Positions 33,721 to 47,749 of a DNA stretch of 64,000 bases are shown piece by piece. Source of the DNA: Lama guanicoe. Its lineage: Eukaryota. Position 1 is the stretch's first letter. Every line of letters begins with the position of its first letter. The notes under the pieces were generated by a model. That model was not told the origin of the DNA, made no database searches, and saw nothing but the letters and a program-made list of their open reading frames with translations. The translations under genes and the position numbers were made by a program. The DNA lies in the NCBI GenBank assembly GCA_013239625.1, contig MU054338.1:994001-1058000 (forward strand). Reading direction: 5' to 3'.

Positions 33721-35142
33721 GCAGCAGAAGCTAGGTGCTAAATGGTGAGTAGTGAATGCTCACATCTGAGAAAAGGAACAGGGGCACACCTTCATGTGTG
33801 GGCTCACACGCGTGCAGATACAAGGACACCTCGGAACAGGGGCTGCCGTGCTGACAGGATGGGGCCGGGCCGGGGCCCTGCCTGATCCAGCCCCTCATAA
33901 GCCTACCCTCCTCCTACCAAGCCTTTGCACAAGCTGTTCCCACCACCCGGAATGCTGATCCCATCTCTCCTTGCTTAATTAACTCCTGCTCCCTCTACAG
34001 CTCTCTGGGCAAATGTCGCCTTCTCAGGGAGCAACCAGGCTGCCTGTCCGGCCCCCAGGCCCCCTTTCAGCCCCCCTTAGCCTGGGTCATGCTTTAAGGT
34101 CTGCCACCCCCAGATAGAACCCCCTGCACCCCACTCTAGTCTGGGCACACAGTAAGTGCAGTTAAGATCCTTTGAACAATTGTACATAAGATTAAAATAA
34201 ATGGGGATTCCACAGCCTCCTGCAGCCTCCTGCAGCCTCGGCAAATGGGATCACTGCTTGAAGGGTTATTAGCAGCCCTCTGGAGCACCCCCCTCCGAGA
34301 GCCCCCAAGCCTGGGGGGCCAACAGAGGCCCCTTTAAGGGTCCAGCGTCCCCCGGCACCCACCCACCTGATGAGGCTCAAGCAGCCCATTAAGCGATTTT
34401 TTCCCTCCACTTACAGCTAGCGGCATCGACAGGGATGCTCAATATCTGAGGGGCCGCTGGCCTTGGAGGAGAGATTGCAGCCGCCTCGATAAAATACTCC
34501 CTCTTGTCAGCGCCTCCCTCTCCCTGCCGAAGCTGTGTGTCTGATCCCCTCCCCTAATGAGCTCCATTCTCTCCCCTCAAGGTGGATGAGACGCTGCCTC
34601 CCCCCAAGCCTTTCAAGCTCAGCTCAAGGTTGGGGGTGATGGTGGAAGGAGAATCATTCCCACTTCCCACCTGTCCAGGTTCTGGTGGGGTCACCTCCCC
34701 CAGGAAGCCCTCCCAGACCACTCGAGTCCAGGCTCTGGATTCCTGCAGCCTTAATGCTTTGGGAGGTGGGAGGCTGGGGTACACAGTGGGACTGGGGACA
34801 GAATGGGGTCACATGGCAGTGTCCAGATGACATGATTCCCCATTCACTCAACAAATATGGAGGCGGGGCTGGGCTCTGGTACTCCTAGACCCACGGGGTC
34901 AGCGTGAGGGGCCAGGCAGGATGGGGTGGGAGCATAGGAGATACAGAACAGGAAGGGACCAGGCTGAAGAATGTGGTGGCAGCAAACTGGAGGCTGGATG
35001 ACCCGACGTGACTGGACCAGGCTCATCCAGCCCGCCTGGGGAGGGGGGACATCGGGTCTGGACCCCGTGTCAGGGGAGGGAACTCAGATGGCCATGCTGG
35101 CAGGGGTGTCCCCGCCCGGGACGGAAAATCTCCAGTTCTAGC

Positions 35143-35163
35143 TTCAGCACCAAGAACAGCTCC
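35143..35163 (+). promoter_or_regulatory. Candidate RE1/NRSE (REST) site
   Basis: TTCAGCACCAAGAACAGCTCC versus the consensus NTCAGCACCNNGGACAGCNCC: one mismatch. Confidence 0.45.
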
Positions 35164-36165
35164 CCTCTGGATGGGCGGGGTCTTCATTAGCCAGGGCAAT
35201 CCGAGCCTAGGACCCCTGACAGATGCCTTCCGGGACCTCCTGGGGGCTCGGCGTCCCCAGCAAAATGAGAAAAATGCTTCATCCTCGGGGTAGGAAGGGT
35301 AGGGGACAGCAGATGTCAACACCATTTGTAAAGGATGAGTTCCCGGGCACCGGAGCTCAGGAACCCTGCAGCCTGCACCCAGGAGGGGCTAGGTAAGTGT
35401 CGGTGGGGTAAGAATACATAAATGATTCCAAAGTTTCACATCTGATGCAAACCCCTTGTTCTTGAAAAGGGAAACTGAGACCTGAGGAGAATGTGGTTCT
35501 ACCCCTCCTCCCCAACCAGATTCCAGAATCTTCTCTCCAGGCCGAAGGGCTAACAGGTACGGGGAGGCAGGGAGGAAAGAGGCCCCCAAGGTGGGTACCT
35601 CTGGGGGGCAGTGAAGGTGCTGGGGCAGAGGGGCTGGGGAAGGGCAGGGAGGATTCTATCCGGGAGGGGAGGGGAAGTTGTATAGAGGAGGGGGGATTGG
35701 GACTGGGCTCTGTAGGTAGAGTAGGAGTTTCCTACAGTGAGCAGAGGGACAAGCCAAAGCACAGGCAGGGAGGGGAGAGAACATGGCCCATGCGGGGGGA
35801 ACTGGGAGGGACCCATCTGGGGAGGATGCTCTCCTCCAGATAGGAAGATGGGGGTGGTTTGGGGGGCTGGGGTTGCAGCTGGAGTCCCACTGGGGGCTCG
35901 GCCAGGACTAGGAGCAAGTGGGGCTGATGGGGCCTGCTCAGAGGGACCCGGGTACCCACTGGGGGAAGACCAAAGTCTCACCTTTTCCTCACTAGCCAGA
36001 CACCCAACCCAGCCTCCCCCACTTCCAGGTTATTAATTTTTCAGAGAAGAAAATGCTTTCTGTATTTTTTCCAGGCAAAATATTGATAATGGGCTTAATG
36101 TGCCTTTCCTGCTTTTGTGTGTTGAGAGCGCTTTTCCATCCTGGCTGCGGCAGAGGCTGCACCTC

Positions 36166-36192
36166 CACACACACACACACACACACACACAC
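36166..36192. repeat. (CA)n microsatellite
   Basis: Direct reading. Confidence 0.95.
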
Positions 36193-37119
36193 CCCACCAC
36201 AGACCCCCATCGGCACAACAGCGCTGGGCTGCTGAGGCCTGGGTGTCTGCAGAGCCAGCTGGGAGGGGGCTGGGGGGAGGGTGTTTTGATCGCTGCCTGG
36301 TGGGCTGGCGCAGCCCCCCTACCCGCCTTGAGCCCCCCACCTCCGCCTCCACAAAGCCAGGCGCCCGCCCGCCCCACGGTGGGTCGATGCGCCCTGCCAG
36401 GGGAGCTGGTGTTTCCAGCGGCTTCAGGCTGAGATACATCTTCGAGTTGCTTGAAATTTGCCTGCCTTTCTCTCCAGCCAACGGAGAAGCAGGAAGGCAG
36501 GGAGGCTCACTCATTCTTCATTCGTCCTTCATCCATCCACCCATTCACTCACTCACTCAGAAGTCACCTGCTGTGCGCCAGGCTGGGTGCTGGGGCCACA
36601 GCCCCTGCCAGGCAGCTCCTACCCTCTCAGAGTTCAGTCTGGTAGGAGAGGAGGGTACTAATCAAAAATTTCAGGAAAAAATATATCACCACGAATTGGG
36701 ACAAGACGGCTGTGAGAGACACAGGATGCGAGACCATGAAACAAGGAGGGCCTGGGGACTTCCTTAGGGCTGGGACGCCAGCTGAGCCCTGAAGGGCCAG
36801 GAGGAGTGGCCTCTGGGAAGAGGGGTGGTGAGGAGCTCGGCCCTCATCTGTGCAGGACCCCGAAGCACCAGAACCTGCTCTCAGGGGTTCTCAAATGTAA
36901 GCGTGCAGCATGGTCCCACAGAAGGTTCACTGGTGCTCAGACTGCCAGCCCCTGCGGGGGCGGGGGGCACTGACTCAGCCGGGGGTCCTCGCTCTGAGCA
37001 CCGCTGCATGGGGAAGCACCGCTGCATGGGGAAGCACCAGTAACCTGGTGAGACACAGACAAAAGCCAAGCCTCCAGGCGCAGGTAACCTCAAGGCCTCG
37101 CTTACCCTCCATGTGCCCT

Positions 37120-37272
37120 GGGAGGGCTCACTCCAATCTTCAGGTCTCAGTTTCCCCATCTGGAAAATGAGCATGACAAGTATCCCCATTTCCTGTGACT
37201 GGAGAAAGGACAAACCAAGATGACCCAGGTCCAAGGGCACAGCCTGGCACACAGTAGGTGCTCAATAAGTGT
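37120..37272 (+). mobile_element. MIR
   Basis: CTCAGTTTCCCCATCTGGAAAATG...CACAGCCTGGCACACAGTAGGTGCTCAATAAGT. Confidence 0.78.
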
Positions 37273-37350
37273 GGGCACCGGTGATGATCACGTGCATGAT
37301 GAAGGAGCGAGAGCCCCATACTGAGCTGATGGCAGATCAAAAAGCAGAAG

Positions 37351-37871
37351 TGTGAGTTAGCAATTGCCGCGTAACAAGTCATCACAACAAATATACCAGC
37401 TCCAAACAGCACACTTCTATGACCTGTCCATGTCTGTGGGTCAGGAGTCTGGGCGCAGCTTGAAATTCCTCTGTTCAGGCCCCACAAGCCACAGTCAAGG
37501 TGTCAGTCAGGCTGAGTTCCTTTCTAGAGTTCAAGTTCCTTCTCCAAACTCCCATGGTTGTTGGCTAACTTCAATCCTTGTGGTTGTAGGACTGAAGCCT
37601 GTTTTTTTTTTCCTGGCTTTCCGTAATCAGTGTGCCAGCTGGTTCCCCACACATGCCCCCCTCTGGCAACACCTCCTTGTCACTTCTTCAAGGGCAGCAG
37701 GAGACTCTCTGCTAGGACAAGTTTTCACACAACACAGCATAGTCACGGGTGGACATCCATCACGTATTCCATTGGCTGCATGCAAGCCACACTCAGGGGG
37801 ATTACACAAGGTACACCGCCTGCGAGTGGAGACCATGAGACCATCAGGGCCATTAGAATGCCACCTCCACA
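37351..37871 (-). mobile_element. MaLR LTR (older MLT1-like)
   Basis: TTGCCGCGTAACAAGTCATCACAAC...TCTGTGGGTCAGGAGTCTGGGC...CCTTGTGGTTGTAGGACTGAAG. Confidence 0.7.
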
Positions 37872-40671
37872 CCCTGCTTGGGCAGACACTCACAAGCACA
37901 CAGGACCACGACCATGCTTTGCAATGACCACAAAAGTGTGTGCATCCACAGATAGGCACTACTGGTAAATGTTTTTCTTTTTGCATTGCCTGTTGGGGAG
38001 CTCAGAGCTAATACCATGGCCTGTCTGTGGCAAGGGTTTAGATCCACTCAGTGTGGCTTCAGGGGACTTAACTTCTCTTCCAGTTCTAGCTTCTCTTGAC
38101 CTCATTTCTAATTTATTTTCTCTGGCTGCCTTGCCTCTCTGCTACCCCACTTCACCCCAACTTTCTGGACCCCTAAAAGTCCAATAAGGACAGCAGCTCC
38201 CATCTGGTCAGCATGTGTGTGCTATTCTAGGGGCTTTAGGTGAATTCTCTCATTTCATCCTCACTAAAACCCCCCGGTGAGGATGAGGGAATTGCTGCCC
38301 AGGGAGGTTGTGAGAACCAGCCCAAGAACACCAGCTGACGAGTGGAACAGAGAATCCGGATCAGAAGCTGGGCTCAATTCCAGGCAAATGGGCTTGAGAT
38401 CTGGGGCGCTACACATCACATGCCTTCAGTGAACACACCTACAAAGAGACCGACCTGCAAAGCAGCCTCGGAATGGGTTGAATCAACCAGCAGGAAGGCT
38501 GCACAGCAGCAAGGTCCTCCCCAGTCCCGAACGCCGGGCTGTGCCATGGGGCTGCCCCGGCGTAAACAAGCTTTTGCGAACACGCCTCCACTCACACACC
38601 GATCTGCGGGCAGGATGGGAAGTGCTGCTTCAGGAAAACAGCCACCGTCATGAGCAGCATGGAGCCCTCACACCAGCCAGCAGGGGACCCCCCCAGTGGC
38701 CAGTCTCTGTGTCCCTCCCAAAACCCCCCAAATAGAAGACGAGGGGCCTGGGGCCAGAGCAGACCGCCTGCTCACATCGTGTGTTTAGCTGTCCTCGTGG
38801 GCTGCACGGGCCCCAGCCTGTTGCTGCAGTGCAGTTGAACAGACCTCCCCGGCAGGTGTGTGTCCTTAGGGAGCCCCCTGTCCTGAACAGGGTGATGGGG
38901 ACACCAGGGCGCCCCAATCTCTGTTCCTGCCTTCCAGGGGCTCCGAGGCTTGGGGGAGAGACACCAGGCAACAGGTAGGCAGCCCCTTTGCTGGGCAGAG
39001 AGGAGGTGGGGCAGGACAAGGTGGGATCAGAGGGGGGCCCCTCGGGGTGCAGCCCTCAGACTCCCTGACCCCTCTTCTCAGAGCTCCCTCATCACAGTTT
39101 TTCACGGCCCTGGTACCAGTGCAGTCCCAGGTTTGCGTCCAGCCACCCTCGCTAGGACTCAGGCCCTGTACTTTGCTCCTGGCAATTCACAGCAATTCAG
39201 TGTGGTCCCCATTTTACAGATGGGGAAATTGAGGCACAATGAATGGAATGTTTACCCAGAGTCTGTCAGCTGGGGCCTTAGGCCACACTCCAGGTCTGTA
39301 ATTGTCAAGGTAGCCAGGGAGCTGGGGCCCCAGACTGCTTGCCCATGAACTGGAAATGACTTCCCTGGCCTTGCCCACCTGCCAGGATCGAGTGGGAGGT
39401 GAGCTGAGGCCCCCGCTCCAATGACACCTAAGGATGCTAAATCCAGGCCCCCAGCCCCACCATCTCTGCCCATTGAGAGGAACTGGGGAAAAAAAACCCA
39501 GTCCTGGGAAGGTTCAAGGAACAGAAAACCAGGGGCTTGGTGCACAGAGGCAGACAGCGGACTCCAGGACCAACGCATAAAACCAGGGCTGGCTAACCAA
39601 AGGCCTAAATCAGCGCCATGGGCCCGGCACTGTCCCCTCTGGACCTCCTGGGAGGGGCGCTGGTGCTGTCCAGCTCAGAGGGTCCCTGAGGGACCTCAGG
39701 GAAAGAAGGGGCCTCCCTCGCCTCTGCCCACTCCTCTCCCTCCTCTCCTGCCTCCTCTCAGCCTGGCTCCAGCCTCCCCAGGGTCGATGCCAGGCTCTGT
39801 CCTCTCTGCCCTGCTTCAGGGTCCCTCTGCACCCCCGTTTGCTCTCTCCCAGTCTCAGTCTGGATGTGGGGACAACTTGGGGGTTGCATCTGTCTTAAGG
39901 TCTCCTGAGCATCACTTGGGTGCCCTCAAATTTGCACTGGGCAGGTTTTACACCCATTCCACAGATGAGCAAAGCTGAGGCTCTGACAGGGTCTGTAACT
40001 TGGGTGAGGGCTGCTGGGTTCCAATCCAGAACCCACTCTCAATCTTGTGGGGCTGAAGCCTATGGTACCAAGGACCCTGAGCAATGAGGCACCCACAGGG
40101 GGCTGGCGCCCCAGAGGGCTAGGGTCAGAGGCCCCACTGAGCAGCCAGCTCCAGGCTCAGCCTCCCTGCGCATGAGCCAGGCTTATCCTCAGAGGGGCCA
40201 GATGAGCCACAGACACGCTTAGCTGGCTTGACACGTGTCCATCTGCATCCTGTCCTGCACTCCGCTTCTGGGACCTTCAGAGGGCCTCGGTTTTCCCCAG
40301 GCAGCTGAGAGGGGCTGCTCTGGGAGACAGAAGCCTGGCTTCTGCCTTGGCTTCCTTACCAGGAAAACCAGCTGAGGTCAGCCAGGTGACCCTCAGCCCT
40401 CCCTAACCCGCTGGGTTCCCACCAGCACTGTAGCCCTGAGCAGCCCCTGCCTCCCACCAGGCCTGGCAGCCTGCCAGCGGGGACCCTCCTGATGGGACTG
40501 GCGATGGGAGCATGTCCCTGGCTTCTTGCTCCACCTGGGCCCCCTCTAGGTGGAGGGTGGGTGAGGAGGGGGCTGGAGGCAGTCACCTCCTCAAATTCCC
40601 CAGGGAGATGCTTCCATCGGGTGCCTGGCTTCCTAGTTCTGGATGCACAGAACGTTCAGTAATAATAGAAA

Positions 40672-41007
40672 TGTGGTGTGTGTGTGTGTGAGTTTGTGAG
40701 TTTGTGTGTGTGGTGTGTGTGAGTGTGTGTAGTGTGAGAGTGTGTGGTGTGTGTCTGGTGTGTGAGTGTGTGTGTGGTATGTGTGTGAGTTTGTGAGTTT
40801 GTGTGTGTGGTGTGTGTGAGTGTGTGGTGTGTGTGAGTGTGTGTGTGGTGTGTGAGTGTGTGTGTGGTGTGTGTGGTGTGTGTGAGTGTGTGTGGTGTGT
40901 GTGTGTGGTGTGTGTGAGTCTGTGTGTGTGTGGTGTGTGTGAGTCTGTGTGTGTGTGGTGTGTTGTGGTATGTGAGTGTGTGAGTGTGTGGTATGTGAGT
41001 GTGTGTG
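40672..41007. repeat. Complex (TG)/(TGTGG)/(TGAG) microsatellite
   Basis: About 335 bp of near-pure T/G alternation. Confidence 0.95.
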
Positions 41008-43199
41008 TTTTAAGCGAGGAGGAGGAAGCCAGCGGTTCCTACCCAGCCTAAGTTGGGAGATTGTTGTGGAGGAGAGTATGGAGGGACTGCTGGGGGCCGG
41101 GGTGCTTTTAGGGAGGTGGGTTGACCAGTAGTGACAGCTGTTAGCACCAGCGTGGACGGAGGGAGGGCAGGGAGGGGATGAACAGGAGGAGGCAGGAAAG
41201 ACGGAGAAGGTGGGTCAGGGGAGGGATGGAGGAGGAGGGAGAGAAAGATCGAGGTCCCCTTTTCTTCCTGGCAGGAGAAACTGAGCCCCTCTCAGCCCCT
41301 CCGTGTCGGGGTGTCTGGCCCAGGCTCTGCTCTCCCCACCCCCAGGGCTTCCTAAAAATCAAGCTGGAGAGAGTTCAGAGTGGGGGGACAGTGGTGGCCC
41401 TCTCTGGAGGAGCCCAGCAGACCCTTCCTTTCCTCGGTTCCTTTCACGATTACCTGGCCTGGTGGGAGCCATGGGGAGGGCACAGGAGCGCCTCCAAACT
41501 TCAGTCCCCACGGCCTGGTTGCCCGTTCACAGGCCCCCTGGAATAGGAGACGCCCCACCTCAGGTGCAGGCTGGACTGTCCCTCCTGGTCTCTTTGCCAT
41601 TGTCCTCCCCAAATGACAGGGTCTGAGGGGTCCTGTGTTCCCTAGATTGTCTGACAGGCTGGGGTGGAGAAAAGGACCCTGCGTAGCAACATACTGTGTA
41701 GGTGGACCCCGGGCCCCACAGACTCGGCCAGGACTTCAGCACTGCCTCCGGAGAGTGACCCTGTCATCAGTCAGATGCACCGATGTGTCCACAACACTCA
41801 AACTGCACGCACACTGGGACTCAGCCTGCGGCCACCTGCACAGCTCGGATCCCACAACCTTCCCGGGCCTCAGTTTCCTCACCTGAAAATGGGGATGATT
41901 GATGTTTCTCCCTCAGAGTCTCACCTTCCAAAGTGCAGAACAGGCATAGTGTTGGGGGGCAGGCAGGTAGAGCCTGGTTCTGCTGGATGCATGGCTCCCC
42001 CAGGGAATCGAAGATGCCACACCCCTGGGGAGGGAGGAAGGAGCTGGCAGAGGATTGCAAGGAGGAGAAAACAGTTTCCTCCCGGTGCACGGTGACTCAC
42101 CTACTGGGCTCGGGAACAAACAGCTCTCCCTCCGTCAACAGGCACTGCACTGGAGGTGGGGGGGGGAGTCCTTCAACCCCCCACCAGATCTATGAGGATG
42201 CCTCTTTGTGCAGACTGTGGCTGGAGGGAGTTGTTCTAGAGGCCACAAGACCCTCTCCTGCAAGCCTCACTGCCAAGGAGGGAAAGCCAGCCCCTCCTAG
42301 CCCGGGGTTTGACAACCCCCCCAACTCCCGTCAGCTCCAGCTTCGTCCCATTGATTCACTCAACAAATATTTCTTTGATGAAGGCTTGTGAAGCACCTGG
42401 GGCTGAGCTAATGCCAGCCTGCTGCCCCTGCTCCATCCCCTTCTGTCCCAAATTATTAGGGATCTTTTCATCCCTTGACTCATCTATCTGACCCGAACTC
42501 CTGCACATCCTACAAAACCCAGTCTTAAGGTCCTCTCCTTCAGGAAGTTCACTCCCTGTCCCCAGTCCTGATCGCAGGGGGATGAGTGATCAGGTAGTCA
42601 TTGTCTTTCCCCCCCAACATAGGAGCTACACCCAGAGGGCAGGGCAAGGCCTCAGCTCTGGGGTGGGGGCTGCACAGAGGGGTTTGTTACATCAAGTGAA
42701 GGGTCCGGCTCCCTTCCAGCATCTTTGACTTGTAGATTCTGCCTGGTGGGGCCTGCACCCCTGGCTCTAGTCTCAACTTCTCAGTGTCCCTCAGGGAAGT
42801 CTCTTGGGTCCTCTCATCCTCCAGGGGTGCAGGCAAAGGAGACCCACCTGGAGGGCAGCCAGGAGGCAGGAGGCGGTTAGTCTTGGGGAGGGCGAGGAGC
42901 CTCATCTGCCTCCTCTCCCCCTTCCCTGGCCCAGCAGACAGGGCGAGGGTGTGTTCAGATAAATGGCTTATTGATGGGGCGCCAGGCCAGGTCGAGGCTC
43001 CCCTACCGGATGCAGCCCAGGGTAACTCGCTGGGGCGAGGCCACCGGGCCCTCCCTCCCCGAAGGCAGGGCACAGTCCTCACTCCCGGCTGGGGCCCCAG
43101 TCTCCCCGCCTGGAACGTGAGCGCTCTCCCAGGCCTGTTCTCCCCACCCTCGCCTCTGTCGTCTCTTCCCTGGCTCTGAAGGTCCAGGATAGGACCCTC

Positions 43200-44870
43200 C
43201 CGGGTGTCGGAGACGCGTTCGGGCTCCGCAGAGCCAACGCTGCGCCCCGGGCCAAGGTGGCTCCTGGAGGCACTCCCGGGGCAGCCTCTCTGCAGCCCGC
43301 CGGATCCCCTGGCCTGAGGCCTCCCCGAACCCACCCGCTGCACCCGGCGCCATCCCCGGGACATACATATATCTTTACATCTTCAATTATCAAAGGAGCG
43401 TCCCTCCCGGGAAGGGGCAGGGGGCGCTCGGGGCCGCCCGGGGCGGGGGCTTGCTCAGCTGTCGGGGCCGAGCCTGGCCGCGGGGGAGGCGCGGCCCCTC
43501 CGAAGCGGGCGCCGTACGCGGGTTTCGTTGCGCCGGGGGAGTCCACGGCCTGAAGCGCACGGCCCGCGCGGTCAGCGGAGTTGGGCAGTGGGGGACCCCC
43601 TCCCTTATCCTCCAGGATGCCGCACCACGCTACCTGCCTGGCCTAGCCTGTCTCCCCGACTGCAAACTGCGGAACAGGCTCGAAGTTTCCTCACTAGCAC
43701 ACAGTGGAGGGTGAGGTGGGTGATCTAGACGGAGCAGAGAGACAAGGGGTCCGGGCCTGAGGGGGGCATATTCGTGCTCCCAGCGCCTTCTGGCTGCGCC
43801 TCCAGCTGGGCCTCTCCATATTTACGTCGGCATCCAAGGCTCCGGCCCCCAGCCCAGCTCTGGGCCGGGGCTGGCTGCCAGTGCGCAGAGGAAGAGAAAG
43901 CAGGCGGAGCACAGCGAGCAGACCTCAGGCGCCCTGAGATTTCCTAGCTCCTAGGTGTCACTTTCTAGACGAGGAAACTGAGGCTCCGAGAGGCGATCCA
44001 GGCCCAGGCTCTGCTATCCGGGCGCCCCCCGCGCCAGCCCGGCCGGCCGCAACCATCCACCCCGAGTCGTAGTGGTGGGGGTGGAATTCTCTCCTCTAAC
44101 TGCCTCGAACTCCCGAGCCTGCGGAGGCCCAGCTGCTGGGGGAGGGGGACGAGGACGCGGGGCCCCAGGGACCTCCCCACCCTCGCCGACTGCGGACGCC
44201 CAGCCCCGGTGCCCCCGCGCAAACAAGCGCGGTGTTTGCAGAGAGCGCGGCGGGCGGCTCGGCCCAGGAGCGATGAGGATTCGATGGAGCCGCGCGCGGC
44301 GGCGAAGGCAACGGCGCCCGGGCGGGCGCGGGGATCGATTGGGCGCAGCTGTCACCGACACGCCCGCGGGAGCATCCACCCCTCGGGCCAGCGCGACCGG
44401 GAGCCCCGCGACTGCGGGCAGGAAGCTCGGACGTTCTGCCCGCCAGCGGCGAAACCCCAACGTCGCGGCGCCCCAGGTTCGGTGCTGGGATGTCCCCGCA
44501 CCTAACATCCGAGAGTGGGACCTCCCGGCGCCGCGCGCGCAGCTCGGCCGGGACCCCTGTCAGGCCAGAAAAGTCTAGCACCCTCCCCCCAGCCCCCCAC
44601 GTCGAAGTCAAGTCCTCCGACCCCGCCCGAACGAAGGCGCAAGAGTCGGGCGGAGGGCCCGGGCCCAGCCAGGTGCGCGAGGGCCAGGACTGGGGGAGTC
44701 TGCAGCTTCGGGGGACTGTACCTGGGGCTGGCGCGGATCTCAGGCTTGGGTGGGGCGGGAGGGGGACATTCATCGCCACTAGTTATTAAAACCTCGCTCT
44801 AATAAAAAGGAAGGATACGCGGCGGCTGGTGACTTTCATTTCTGCGGGGGACAAATCTAATCGCAGAATC
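43200..44870. promoter_or_regulatory. Upstream CpG islands (~43200-43620 and ~44000-44830), candidate proximal enhancers
   Basis: CpG-dense. TCF/LEF-type ATCAAAG 43389-43395, GATCGATT 44333-44340, AT-rich patch ~44780-44870. Confidence 0.55.
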
Positions 44871-47749
44871 AGCCACAAACCATGGAGGGTCCTAGGGGAG
44901 GCAGGAAAGGGAGAAACTTTGAGTACAACCCCCCCCCACATATTTTTAGCTGCGGCGAGGGAGTCAGAACAACAAGGAACGTTACCTGTCCAAGAAGAGA
45001 AGAGGTGGCCGGTACTAACTTGAGCTGGGGGCGTGGTGCTGTTATGGAAACGGTGGAGATGGTTGAGCCGCCCCTGCCGGGACCCCCCAGGGGAGAGGAG
45101 GCCTGAGCCCCAGCCGGTCCTCCCTGCCACTTGCTGGACGCTGGGAGCCCCCAGGTGAGCGGGAGGCAAGGCTGCTCTTCTTGGCTTCTTCCAGGTCCGG
45201 TTGTGCACAGAGAGGGTGGGCATTGGCAGAGGCAGCCCAGCGTGTGCCGACGCGCCCCCAAGCACTCTGATTTTCCTGGAGGGGCTATTGAGGCCATAAA
45301 GCTTCCACGATGTGGTCAAGGTCCCGGCAGGGGCTGCGATGGGGGTTGCCCTGCCCCTATCCAGCCCACCCCTCCCCCACCCAAAATTTGCCTAATGACC
45401 CAAGATTGATCAGGGCTGGAGCCACCAGCCTGCCCCATCGCCAGCTCAATTCTATTTTACTAATTTCTAAAAGGCCGCTGGTGGGGGAAGCCTGTTCTGG
45501 GGGTCCAGAGGGCTACTCTCTGCAGGTTGGCAAATTTTTGTTCAGTTGCCCAGGGGGAGCAGACCCTCTATGGGAGCCGGATCCCTGTCCCTGCGGGTGC
45601 CTGAGGAGGACCCACCTACAAAGGGTGCCCATACCTGGATGAAGCTGGTTCCCTCGCCAGGCAGACCCTGCCAAGTCAAGGCGCTTAGGGTGTCCAGCAG
45701 AGGGGAGAGGCCCCTTCGTCTCCAAGCTACTGATCTGCCTCTTTTCTTTCAAAATGGACGCTTCCCCATTAGTAAAACCATACATGCTTGTTATAAAAAT
45801 GAAAATGATAATCAAGCTGGAGGAAATATACATGCTCCTGCCCCCTCCCCCGCCTCAGGGCACTCCTTGGTTCACATTTGGTGGCCCTACCTTCCACCTT
45901 TGTTTCCCCCTCCCATAGAGACCCCCCACAGCCCCTGCCTGATCGCTGCTTGTTGGGCCTGGGATGCGATCATTTTATGAAGGCTGATTGATTTTTAGAT
46001 CCTACAATTATTTTTAATTATCTGTGATTGCTGTAGAGTGGGAGTGGGGGCGGGAGGGTGGGTCAGGCTGGAGCCCTGCACAGCCAGAACCCACTTCCCA
46101 GACTTGGAATCTGCATGGGGAGGGTCCGTTGTCTGAACTGGCCCCTCCTTGACACCTCTGTTTTCCCACTTGGAAGATGGGTGTATTGATATATAACCTG
46201 AAATTATGTATAAATCCTGGAATTGAAAAGTCTGTGGGCTGGGGCCTGGGGGCAGTGTTCGCACAGAAAGTCAGAACAGCCCCCCCCCCCCGGGCCTGAG
46301 GCCGATGCAGAATGGCAGAGCTTCTCTCCCTCAGGACTGGGTCAGGAGAGAGTGTGCACCTAGTAAACAGTAGGCAGCTACTAAATTCTGAGCCCTAAAC
46401 ACAAGGCACCCTGGGTCCCTTTTAGTCCCATCCCTCCCCAGGATTTGGATCAGTCCATTCCACCGTCTGATCCCCCCCAAGCTGGGGGTCGGGTCATCCA
46501 GGACCCCCAATTCCCTGGTACTCGGAGACAGCCCACTTCCCTCTCCCAGCACCCATGTGCCTCCCGCTTTCAGCGGGGGCAGGCAGGAAGGCAGGTCCTC
46601 CTCATCAGGGAAGAGGAAACTGAGGTACCAAAAGGGCTCTGCACAGGGGCAAGCCGACCTGCAGCTCAGAGAACCCAACCTGCACTGCGCAGCCACAGCT
46701 GCAGGGGCGGCAATCCTGTTGAAGGCGGTGAGGGAGGGGGTGGCCCAGCTGGTCTACATCGGAGGGCTCCCTGGTAGGGCCGTCCCCTCGGGCTGGTTAG
46801 CGACCCAGTCCTCCTCACTGAGGGGGGACGCCAGCAGAGGCCTTACTAGCCCTACCCTTCCTCTCCCCATTCTGCAAAAGTTACCCCCTGGGGCCAATAT
46901 CACCGGAAAGGAGGAAGGGGTACATCTGGCTTGGGGAGTCCCTCCCCATCCCACACTCTGCCCTTCAAGTGGGGGCACAATTTAGGGTCTGGATTGGCCA
47001 CTCTGGACCCCCCTTCCTGACCTGCAACTTACTCCACTAGAGGGGTCATCTGGGGGTTCTCTGAGTGTAGGAGCCCCCCTCACTACTCCCAGTTCCCAGG
47101 GCTCCGTGGCACTCATCTCCAGGTAATGAGGAAAAAGAGCCCCTTCGCTTCCCCAGTCCAAGAGAAACCCAGGGGTGGGGTGAGGTTTGAAGCAGGGGCG
47201 TTGTGGGAAGCAGGGAGGATGCATCTTCTGCCTGCTTCGTGCTGCCTGCTCTGCAGGGGGAGAGGGGTTCTATAAGTCATCCCCAAGCTGCTCCCACGCT
47301 GGAGATGAAGGAAACTAGAAGGGCCTGGAGTTGAGGGTGCCTTGGCACCCATCAGGCCAGGCGCTCTGTTGTACAGCTGGGGAAACTGAGGCCCAGGTGT
47401 CCATACGTGGGAGCAGATCCAGACAGTTGGGGGAAACAGGCCATGACCCAGCTGGAGGACCCCCCCCCGACACCACTCCCCCCTGAGAGGCCTTTGCGGG
47501 CTGTGCTTGGATAGAGGGAGGTAAGCGAGCAGCGGGCCACCTCCTGTGTGTGGGAGGGGGTGTCTGTTGGGAGGAGCACACGGATCACAAGCCCCCATCC
47601 AGCCACACTCCTGCCAACTCCCTAAAGGCGGATTTCTGCGTGCCAGGCAGGAAAGTAACCTTTGCGACCCTTGGGGGAGACCGGGAATCAAAGACGCAGA
47701 GAGGAGTTTCCCAGCCCCACCTCGGTTGAGTCCGTCCTCCACCCCCGCC

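Noticed and set aside
36997..37038. 18-bp tandem duplication AGCACCGCTGCATGGGGA (x2.3)
   Set aside because: Simple local duplication with no spacers. It is not CRISPR-like and there is no functional evidence.
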